A stretch of DNA of 36,828 bases from an archaeon (GTDB lineage: Archaea; Asgardarchaeota; Thorarchaeia; Thorarchaeales; Thorarchaeaceae): contig JAJRWI010000049.1 of NCBI GenBank assembly GCA_024276825.1, positions 1-36,828 of the forward strand, read 5' to 3'. Positions 8,613 to 16,462 of this stretch are shown here, one piece after another (position 1 is the first letter of the stretch; each line of letters opens with the position of its first letter). The notes beneath the pieces were generated by a model. The model searched no databases and was not told where the DNA came from. It was given only the letters and a program-made list of their open reading frames with translations. Position numbers and translations under genes: made by a program.

Positions 8613-9383
8613 TTAATTGGACCTCCATTGATCAAAGATTGCCATATACATGCACTCCTTGGGTGAGATCCACATCTCAGAGGAGTCAAAGGACTCGTCA
8701 GAGAATTCAACTGGCGCATCACGAATGATTGCAGCAGGAATTGACTCGTCAGACTCGCCCATTACTGCAGTACATGCAGATGCAAGATTGTCAGCAATAG
8801 CTCTACGGGTGACTCTCAAAACATTGCCAAAGAGATCAGTATTACCACGCTCATCAACAACAGGTCTAAACCCTGCTACTCCAAGAGCCATGCCAATGTT
8901 CCCAAGACGGAGGGGTTGAGTCCTGCTATCGATGACAAGCGCACCAATGTTTATTCCCAAGCGATCTCGTACCTCGTTGCGAATTCGTTCAGCGCTTGCT
9001 CGTGAATCAACAGGTAGTAGTGATGCATATCCCGGGGGCACATTCGACTTGTCTACCCCAGCATTGGCCATGAGTGTGTTGTTCTTTATCGTGAGTACAA
9101 CATGAGGGATTCCGCCCAGAATCTCATCAGCCTCTTGAAGAACAAGTTCAGCCACTTCTGGAAGCAGCTCATACTTCTCTGCTAGTTCCGTTGCTTCTGG
9201 AGAGACCTCCACCTCAGAGAGTTTCACGACCCTGCCTTCTGTGGTCCCGAGAGGTGTTTCTGCAATCCCAAGTATGTCGTTTTCGCGTAGTTCGAGTCCA
9301 GCATTCTCCATGCCCTCAAGCAAGACATCAAGCAATGAGTCTTTTGGGGTGATGATTCGAGTCTTAATGGGAATCACATGCAT
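8613..9383 (-). CDS. cofE: Coenzyme F420-0:L-glutamate ligase family protein
   Basis: ANAGVDKSN, DSRTQPLRLG, DERGNTDLFG, IADNLASA, MGESDESIP. Confidence 0.9.
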   Translation of the reverse strand: MHVIPIKTRIITPKDSLLDVLLEGMENAGLELRENDILGIAETPLGTTEGRVVKLSEVEVSPEATELAEKYELLPEVAELVLQEADEILGGIPHVVLTIKNNTLMANAGVDKSNVPPGYASLLPVDSRASAERIRNEVRDRLGINIGALVIDSRTQPLRLGNIGMALGVAGFRPVVDERGNTDLFGNVLRVTRRAIADNLASACTAVMGESDESIPAAIIRDAPVEFSDESFDSSEMWISPKECMYMAIFDQWRSN

Positions 9384-9438
9384 ACTGAAGCCTCAGATGC
9401 ACACAATAAGACCAGCAAATAAACCTGACCAAAACATA

Positions 9439-10839
9439 TCATTTGTGCGACTGAAGTTTCATTCTCTCCGCCATGATGCAATGATCACCTTTTCTTCCAC
9501 CCATTGGATTGTGGGGCGTGCCAAGGGAGTTCATGCATCTTGCAGCGACTGCAGCACCCATTGCAAGTCCGTCTTCAACGAAAAGGATCTGATGGGTGTC
9601 AATCCATCTTGTGTTATTCAATAGGACCAGATCATTGTAGATAAGTTCTGGCTTCATCCCAGTTGTGATTGCTCTGCCCGTCAGTCCTAGAGAGGTGTTT
9701 TCAAGGATAAGACCTGTTTCATCGGCTGCAAGTAGAAGTTGTTGGACAACCTCTGCCTGAACATGATCAATGGTGGCCATGAGTAGAGGCATCCCCTCAT
9801 TCTCGTATATTCCTGCACCAATCTTCATTAGATCTGCAAGAGCTGAGCCATTGGTCCCTGCATCAACACCAATCAAAATTACTCCAGATTCAGATGCCGC
9901 TTTTGTATCAACCGGTACCATGCCGAATCTCTTTGTTCCTGAGGGAACTGGCATTACATGAATCAATTGCATTATCTCGTCAAGCAACGATTCATCAGGC
10001 CTAAGGTCCTTATGACCAAGAACCCGCTTGATATCAAGAACGCATCCCCGGGACTCATCAACCAGCCCTGTTCCACGCATGATTGCATCAGGAATTGCAC
10101 CAGCAAGGCCTGCAAATGACCCAATCGTCTTCGCGTAGGGGTGACCATCGTCCGTCACTCGTCCTGCAAGGGTAGTTCCAAAATCGAGGGTCATGACTGG
10201 ATTCCTAAAGTCGATTGATGTGCTCTTCGCAGCACCTTTAATGCCAGCGGTCACAAGCTCCCCTTCCATCTCATTTGCGACAATACCAGTGTCTGCGGGA
10301 GGCAGTGAGCTGGCAATCGCACCGTCAAAGTGCACCTTTCTTAAAAAGCTGAAATCGCGTATTCCGAGGGGGAGGTCATCAGGGCTTAATGATGCGGTCA
10401 TCTTTTTTGTGGGTATTCCTGCTGCAAGGCATCCATCAGCTAAGGCCTTGACTATTGCTCCCACCTCTTCGGGATGCTGGAAGCCGGCGGTGACCCCTGT
10501 GGACCGTACAACAAAATGCAGCTCATCAAGGGTTATTCTGGCCTTCTTGATGACATGACTGAGTATATCAGAGATGAATTCCACAACCGATTCGTGAGTG
10601 AGACCAACGCCCACTATCGTTGAGCCAAACACAGTTTCATTGGTTTTGGGAGGCCTCACTGTTCTTGTGAGCCTGACCTCCTTGGCAATCTGAAACAGCT
10701 CTCCACTTTTCATATTAGTGGACATTAGGATACATTTCGTTGTGGTGTTACCCAGTTCAACAGAGGCGACAGTGTAGAATGCCCCCATACGAAGTGAGGA
10801 CACTCCAATATGCTTAGGCTTGATCACCCTGACTCTCAT
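9439..10839 (-). CDS. Methanogenesis marker protein 14 (DUF2114; ASKHA/reactivase-like ATPase fold)
   Basis: ASVELGNTTTKCIL, TRTVRPPK..E.VFG, VVRSTGVTAGF, VANEMEGELVTAGIK, DFGTTLAGR, DGLAMGAAVAARCMNSLGTP..P.GG. Confidence 0.88.
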   Translation of the reverse strand: MRVRVIKPKHIGVSSLRMGAFYTVASVELGNTTTKCILMSTNMKSGELFQIAKEVRLTRTVRPPKTNETVFGSTIVGVGLTHESVVEFISDILSHVIKKARITLDELHFVVRSTGVTAGFQHPEEVGAIVKALADGCLAAGIPTKKMTASLSPDDLPLGIRDFSFLRKVHFDGAIASSLPPADTGIVANEMEGELVTAGIKGAAKSTSIDFRNPVMTLDFGTTLAGRVTDDGHPYAKTIGSFAGLAGAIPDAIMRGTGLVDESRGCVLDIKRVLGHKDLRPDESLLDEIMQLIHVMPVPSGTKRFGMVPVDTKAASESGVILIGVDAGTNGSALADLMKIGAGIYENEGMPLLMATIDHVQAEVVQQLLLAADETGLILENTSLGLTGRAITTGMKPELIYNDLVLLNNTRWIDTHQILFVEDGLAMGAAVAARCMNSLGTPHNPMGGRKGDHCIMAERMKLQSHK

Positions 10840-10851
10840 GATTATTGCAAC

Positions 10852-11787
10852 CTAGAGGAGTTTTTTGAACGGGTGGCCTTCTAGGGGCTCGATGCCAAAT
10901 TCGGTCTTCGCAGACTCTGCGGCAAATATGTCGCCCATTGCAACCACGGGAAACACCCTGCTTGCGTTGGATATTGGACCATAGAGGATGAAGTCTGCGC
11001 CCATAGTCTGTACAATAAGATTAGAAGCGATATCGCAGGTGACATATGCTTCACGATTGGATTTCTTTAGTTTCCGTAGCCAAGTCCATGACGCGGGGGC
11101 GTTGTGAACGCCCGAACCAGTTGGATGGCCGTATATTGTCTTCGATATTAGGATAAATGATGCAGAAGTCCCAGCACCAGCACCCATCGCGGTTGTAGCA
11201 GTATCAATGAGTGGTTTAGTGATACCAAGGTCATCAGCTATTGACAAGAGACCCTTCTTAAGAGGAGGAACACCTGTATCAAGCACTTGACGTTTTCCAG
11301 CAATTGAGGTGTCTTGAGGATTAAATGCAAGGACTATTGCGCACTCGTGCTGAATTTCATGGAGAGTGTTGATCTCTTCAGTTGTTGCAGAAATGTTCAG
11401 TGAATTGTAGATCACACGGTCTAGAAGACCAATTTCCTCTGCGAATTTTAAACCAGCTAATCTGACCTTGTAGTCAGTCGCATCTATGAGAATGGGAGCA
11501 TCAGTGATCTCTGAAACAAAGCCCATATATTTGGTCATTGCCTTCGAAGATTCTGCCACTATTTGAACCATACAGGGATTTCCTGTGGTGTCTGACATAA
11601 TGTCTTGTTCGTTGACCAGTTTCTCAGCTGCATCTCTGTCAAATTCGCCATTTGTTGAATCACTGACAATCTTGTGTCCGCCGTAGAAGATTGTTCCAAT
11701 AAGGACCGTTGGGTTCTCGCCAGGAGTGCCCCCAACTCTGACTCCCGCAATGTCATAGATGTATTGTTCCTTTTCAAACACAAACAT
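10852..11787 (-). CDS. mtrH: MtrH-family pterin-binding methyltransferase (canonical-like copy)
   Basis: MFVFEKEQ...GGTPGENPTVLIGTIFY.GHKIV, ILIDAT, IYNSLN, LIDTA, GSGVHNA, GADFILYGPI. ATG 11787 matches the family N-terminus. Confidence 0.92.
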   Translation of the reverse strand: MFVFEKEQYIYDIAGVRVGGTPGENPTVLIGTIFYGGHKIVSDSTNGEFDRDAAEKLVNEQDIMSDTTGNPCMVQIVAESSKAMTKYMGFVSEITDAPILIDATDYKVRLAGLKFAEEIGLLDRVIYNSLNISATTEEINTLHEIQHECAIVLAFNPQDTSIAGKRQVLDTGVPPLKKGLLSIADDLGITKPLIDTATTAMGAGAGTSASFILISKTIYGHPTGSGVHNAPASWTWLRKLKKSNREAYVTCDIASNLIVQTMGADFILYGPISNASRVFPVVAMGDIFAAESAKTEFGIEPLEGHPFKKLL

Positions 11788-11791
11788 TGAT

Positions 11792-12490
11792 TCACAACTC
11801 CTTGCATACCAAAAGTGTCCCACTCTCATCTGATTTGATTTCTGTGATCACTAACGAGGGATGTGTGCAGACCATTGCCTTAGGTTCACCACTTGTCAAG
11901 AGCGATGTGTTGATATCAAGGCCAAGACCAAGTTCAGGAAGAACATTCACACTTGTCCCAATTCCAATTCTTGGTCGCTGGGAGCTCTTTGCGGTCATGG
12001 TCACCCAGATAGGCTCTTCATTAATGGGGCCAGGATTCTTCTGATTGGCGTTTTGTACAGCCCTGGCAATCTCTTCGGGATTTTGGTTACGGAGCATATC
12101 AATGAGTTCAACCTGATTGCGGAATCGCTCCACGGCATTAAGAGGCACATTCTCAATATATGGGATGGCTCCAGGTGCATTAATGATCTTGCGCGTCTTC
12201 TCATCGATGCCATATTCATATAGACTATGTAGTGTCTGTCCTGTGTGATGTCCCGGAACCTCTGGTCCTGCAAGGACAAAGAAGCGGATATTCGGGTTTG
12301 ATACAATGTTAACAATTATTCGTTCTATTCCAATGTTTTCAGTCTTGCAGGTCCCAATGATTGCATAGTCAGCAGGCACCTTGATTTTTTTGCCAACAGT
12401 GCAGACTGCAACACATCCCTTTGGATCCTTCACCTCAAAGTCACCTGGAATGGGAGGCCATTTTCTTTCGCTATCGGTCAACATTATCAC
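11792..12490 (-). CDS. mtrA: MtrA-family corrinoid protein, soluble (no TM helix), with an MtrB-N-terminus-like tail
   Basis: WPPIPGDFEV, CKTENIGIERIIVNIVSNPNIRF, EVPGHHTGQ (Co-ligand His region), APGAIPYIENV, AVERFRNQVE. No hydrophobic C-terminal anchor. Confidence 0.9.
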   Translation of the reverse strand: MIMLTDSERKWPPIPGDFEVKDPKGCVAVCTVGKKIKVPADYAIIGTCKTENIGIERIIVNIVSNPNIRFFVLAGPEVPGHHTGQTLHSLYEYGIDEKTRKIINAPGAIPYIENVPLNAVERFRNQVELIDMLRNQNPEEIARAVQNANQKNPGPINEEPIWVTMTAKSSQRPRIGIGTSVNVLPELGLGLDINTSLLTSGEPKAMVCTHPSLVITEIKSDESGTLLVCKEL

Positions 12491-13408
12491 CTACTCTGAA
12501 GTTGGTGGGGCAAACAGGTTTCGATCGACCCCAAGGGCATTGTTCGCTTCAGCCACCACTGCTGCAATTGCATTTCCTATCAATGCGACTGCTGTGAATA
12601 CCTCCTTGGTTCGAATCATTGAACCATACATTATGCAGTCTGTCGCAAAGGCCTGAGCAATAACTGTAGATGCAACCACAGCGGACATGTGAGTTGACTC
12701 ATCATCGAAGCCTGATTGCTTGATGAACCTCCATGCTGATGGTGCATTATGAGGACCCAAGCAGGTAGGAAGGCCAAGTTCTGATTTAATCGCGAGCGTT
12801 GTTCGATATTCGAGGCCATATCCAGCGCCTACAGGCATCGTGGCTGGATCGACAACAACCCTCTCGATTCCCATGCTCTGTGCTTCATCAAGCATGCTCT
12901 TGATAGTGTTCATACGATCAGTAAGTGATGTGGCTCTGGGAGACCATCCCAAAACAACTGCCATATTGAGGGAACTGTTGCGTAGTGCCGCCTTCTCGTC
13001 ATCCTTCATTGACAGATTGATACTGTTGAAGATGGCCCTGTCTTGAAGACCCACCTCTTCACAGTATTGAATGCCTCTTATTCTGGCTTCAGCACGAACA
13101 GACTCGAACATGAAGGGGCCATCAAAGTTCTCTGTTAGCCAAGAGATATGACGTTCCATTGCAGTATCAGTTCGACCGTAGGCCTGGATAATGAGGGGGT
13201 GCCCAGTCTTTTTGGACATCTCAATTCCAGTGTCCACCCATTTCTTTGCGAGGTCCTTGTCAAAAAGGCCCTCTCGCGTATCTTTCACGAGGGGCTGCCC
13301 CTTGAAAAACAGTCCGCCAACCAGTACTGTAGGGTTTTCTCCGGGCTGTCCACCTATCGGGATGCCCCCAAAATCAACCACCTTTTGATCTCGTTTGAAT
13401 ACGAACAT
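12491..13408 (-). CDS. mtrH: Second, divergent MtrH-family methyltransferase
   Basis: MFVFKRDQ...GGQPGENPTVLVGGLFF, FMFES, IFNSIN, VVDPA, GPHNAPSAW, IMYG. ATG 13408 chosen by homology, with a GGGAG SD-like motif upstream. Confidence 0.88.
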   Translation of the reverse strand: MFVFKRDQKVVDFGGIPIGGQPGENPTVLVGGLFFKGQPLVKDTREGLFDKDLAKKWVDTGIEMSKKTGHPLIIQAYGRTDTAMERHISWLTENFDGPFMFESVRAEARIRGIQYCEEVGLQDRAIFNSINLSMKDDEKAALRNSSLNMAVVLGWSPRATSLTDRMNTIKSMLDEAQSMGIERVVVDPATMPVGAGYGLEYRTTLAIKSELGLPTCLGPHNAPSAWRFIKQSGFDDESTHMSAVVASTVIAQAFATDCIMYGSMIRTKEVFTAVALIGNAIAAVVAEANNALGVDRNLFAPPTSE

Positions 13409-13413
13409 ATTAT

Positions 13414-14343
13414 CTACTCCCTTCCGGGTCTCGGATAGAGGCCAGCATCTTCCACCAGTAGTGGCACACACTCTTCCCAGCCAACGCCCATAATATGTAT
13501 TCCATTCACACCATTCATCTTTCTAATCTCACGGATGGTCTCGATTGCAATCTGCAGGCCCTCACTTTTAACCGCTTTTTGCCTTTCAGATTCTTCTAAT
13601 CCTTCACCCGCCTTTTCAAGTCTCTTAATAATATCATCAGGTATCAAAATTCCAGGAATGTTCCTTGTCATGAACTCCGCCATAGCAGGTCCTCTGAGGG
13701 GGATTATTCCAGCAAGTACCTTGGTCCTCTTATCAATGAGTCGCATGAACTCCTTGAACCGACCCACATCATAAATGGCCTGTGTCTGAAAGAATTGAGC
13801 ACCAGCCTCAATCTTTTTTTCAACCCTCCACGCATGCATCTCCATTGGGTCGGCATTTGGATTGAAAGTGGAACCAAGATAAAGATCTGGAACACCATCA
13901 AGAGGAGCCCCTGCAAGATCATGACCACCCATCAAATGAGTTGCAATCTGCAATGCTTGAATAGAGTCAAAGTCATAGACCATCTTTGCGTGAGGATGAG
14001 AGCCCAGCAGTGAATGATCACCGGTGACAAAGATGATGTTCTTGACACCTAATGCAGAAGCACCATAGATCTCACTCTCAAAAGCGATGCGATTTCTATC
14101 ACGTGATGACAACTGCATGATTGGTTCAACGCCCGAGTCTATGAGTAGATGACAACATGCCATACTGCTCAGAGAGGGGATACCACGAACATTATCAGTC
14201 ACATTCACTGCGTCGCAGAAGTCTTTGAGGATGGCAAGTTTGGATAATAATTGCTCCTTATCGGATCCATGAGGCGGCGTTACTTCAGCAGTCACTACAA
14301 ATTCACTGCTATTGAGAAGTCTGCTCAGGTGGGTTTCAACCAA
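13414..14343 (-). CDS. metF: Methylenetetrahydrofolate reductase, MetF subunit
   Basis: TAEVTPP, DAVNVTDN, EPIMQLSSRDRNR, VTGDH, KKIEAGAQFFQTQAIYD, GIHIM. Confidence 0.93.
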   Translation of the reverse strand: MVETHLSRLLNSSEFVVTAEVTPPHGSDKEQLLSKLAILKDFCDAVNVTDNVRGIPSLSSMACCHLLIDSGVEPIMQLSSRDRNRIAFESEIYGASALGVKNIIFVTGDHSLLGSHPHAKMVYDFDSIQALQIATHLMGGHDLAGAPLDGVPDLYLGSTFNPNADPMEMHAWRVEKKIEAGAQFFQTQAIYDVGRFKEFMRLIDKRTKVLAGIIPLRGPAMAEFMTRNIPGILIPDDIIKRLEKAGEGLEESERQKAVKSEGLQIAIETIREIRKMNGVNGIHIMGVGWEECVPLLVEDAGLYPRPGRE

Positions 14344-15016
14344 TCTTGTCCACCTCGCTCTTTAAGACATGTTGACTGACGAACAAAGGCCTTGATACTG
14401 CTGACCAATCACGCATGTCCCAGATTCTGCGAATGTTGTCGAGCTTGCCCAGCATTTTTAGCCGGTCATAGATCAATTGCCATGCGCAATCGGTATTCTC
14501 ATCGCGTTCGCATCTACCATTCATTGCACCTCCGCAAGGGCCATTGAGAATTCCCTTGGCACATCGTGCATAAGGGCAAATGCCACCAGTCAAGTGCAGG
14601 ATACAATCGCCACACGTGACGCAACGTTCATGATGGACATGTCTAGTTTCAAGGAAGCCTAAGGACTTTGAGTCTGTGGCAGGGAAGGATTCCTTCTCAG
14701 GAATCAGTTCAGTCAAGACCTGAACTGCAACGCCACAGGCCTGAATCAATAAGACATCAGCTTTCTCAAGAAAGTCCTTGTGAGCTGCCAGTTCATTTCG
14801 CAAGACATCCCCATTACAGATACCACCCTCAATAAAGATAGTATCAATCACTTCTTTCTCATTCTGTTCGAGGAACTCCTGCATGTCTTCTAATTGGAGA
14901 ATGCCGCCAACCTCGCATAGTTGGGCACAGCCAGAATCACCGAGGAGGACAATCTTCTGCTTTCCTCGCAACATGGACAGAACTGCTTCGGCAGACTTTA
15001 ACTCCATAAATATCAC
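14336..15016 (-). CDS. metV: MetV, Cys-rich (Fe-S/Zn) partner subunit of MTHFR
   Basis: GCAQLCEVGG, ACGVAVQ, CVTCGDC...GGICP..RCAKGILNGPCGG...G.CE......CAW. It overlaps the metF start by 8 nt. Confidence 0.88.
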   Translation of the reverse strand: MIFMELKSAEAVLSMLRGKQKIVLLGDSGCAQLCEVGGILQLEDMQEFLEQNEKEVIDTIFIEGGICNGDVLRNELAAHKDFLEKADVLLIQACGVAVQVLTELIPEKESFPATDSKSLGFLETRHVHHERCVTCGDCILHLTGGICPYARCAKGILNGPCGGAMNGRCERDENTDCAWQLIYDRLKMLGKLDNIRRIWDMRDWSAVSRPLFVSQHVLKSEVDKIG

Positions 15017-15088
15017 TGGGACTCACTCTCAGTCAATCAAGAGTCATTCACACTATAAAGATACTCTCTCAAAACCATTAGCACCAGT

Positions 15089-16372
15089 TCATAGGGGAGA
15101 TATCTCGCATTCAGGAGCGACCTTCAAAAGGCGCCTTGCATCAGCAGGGGAAAGTGTGACGGTGACACGTATCTGATCAGGCTTATACTCCTCATGAAGA
15201 ATTACTCCGACCTCATGTAACCATGATATGACGGACATAGAGTCATCACAATAAGGAAGGGTGATGGAGTAATTCTCCACACGCGGCAGATTTCTCTCAA
15301 TTGCATCTACCAGAAGGTCAAGATTTGTGCCAGACATAGCAGATATGGGGATTATCTCACCGTTGACACCATCAAGTAGTGTGATTCGCTCTTCAACTGC
15401 ATCATCATCAAGAAGGTCGATCTTGTTCAGTGCATATATGATGGGGATTCCTGTAGCGCCCACCTGAGTAAAGGTTTCTCTGCAAACATCTACTTTCCGT
15501 GTTATCTCATCCAGAGTGTCAGAACCATCAATCACAAGTACAATCACATCGGACTCTGTGATCTGCATAAGGGTCGTGTTGAATGCCTGCAGGAGTGAGG
15601 GTGGAAGATTGCTGATGAAACCGACCGAGTCTGTGAGTACTATCTTTCGGCCCGGAATGTCAAGTGAGGATGATTTTGTCCCGAGTGTTGTGAAGAGTTC
15701 GTCGGCGATCTCTACTTCTGAACCCGTCAGGGCATCATGAAGGGTACTCTTGCCGGCGTTGGTATATCCTGCGAGTGCTACCTCAAGGAACCCCTCACTC
15801 ACTCGCTTCTTTCGCATGAGTTGGTGCGCCTCAGATATCTTCTCAAGTTTGGATGATATACGAGCAATTCTGCGTCTGAGTTGAGTTATCCTTAGAGTGA
15901 CAAGGTCCTCACCAACACCCACTTGGTCAGTAGTCGGTCTGTCACCAGTGTGTTCCTTTTGAAGTCTGAGCCGTATTTGATGGCGCTCAAAAGGGAGTTC
16001 ATATTTCAAGCGGGCCTGCTCTATCTGAAGTTTGGCTTGTGGTGTCTGAGCATGGCGGTCAAAGATCTCAAGAATCAATTGTGTCCTGTCGCGCACTTCA
16101 ACCTCCCAAGCCTCCATGAGCCTGAATATTTGACTTGATTTTAGTTCGGGTGAGAAGAATACAATATCGGGTTCCTCAATCTCTATCCAAGTCTTTATCT
16201 CCTCCACTTTTCCCTTGCGAATACCATACTTGGCAGATGGAGGGCTGACTATATTGAAGACCCCAATGACCTCATATCCTGCAGTTTGGGCCAATGCCTT
16301 GAACTCTTCAAGCAGATCCGGGTCGTTATAACTACGCCTTTGTATGAGTAGAGCCCGTGTGTCGTCCATCAA
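15089..16372 (-). CDS. hflX: Ribosome-associated GTPase HflX
   Basis: DRTQLILEIFDRHA, AKLQIE.ARLKY, GYTNAGKST, DELFTTL, TDSVGFI, NKID. Confidence 0.95.
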   Translation of the reverse strand: MMDDTRALLIQRRSYNDPDLLEEFKALAQTAGYEVIGVFNIVSPPSAKYGIRKGKVEEIKTWIEIEEPDIVFFSPELKSSQIFRLMEAWEVEVRDRTQLILEIFDRHAQTPQAKLQIEQARLKYELPFERHQIRLRLQKEHTGDRPTTDQVGVGEDLVTLRITQLRRRIARISSKLEKISEAHQLMRKKRVSEGFLEVALAGYTNAGKSTLHDALTGSEVEIADELFTTLGTKSSSLDIPGRKIVLTDSVGFISNLPPSLLQAFNTTLMQITESDVIVLVIDGSDTLDEITRKVDVCRETFTQVGATGIPIIYALNKIDLLDDDAVEERITLLDGVNGEIIPISAMSGTNLDLLVDAIERNLPRVENYSITLPYCDDSMSVISWLHEVGVILHEEYKPDQIRVTVTLSPADARRLLKVAPECEISPL

Positions 16373-16462
16373 TGATATTGGCCTATACGAATTGTCTTAA
16401 GGAGTTCGATTGAGCCATTTATAGACAGAAGTTTATTGTTTACAATAAGGTGAGATATATTC

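Noticed and set aside
9439-13408. Evidence of methanogenesis from mtrA/mtrH and marker 14
   Set aside because: No mtrCDE membrane subunits or mcr in the window, and MtrA has no anchor; these genes alone do not imply methane metabolism.
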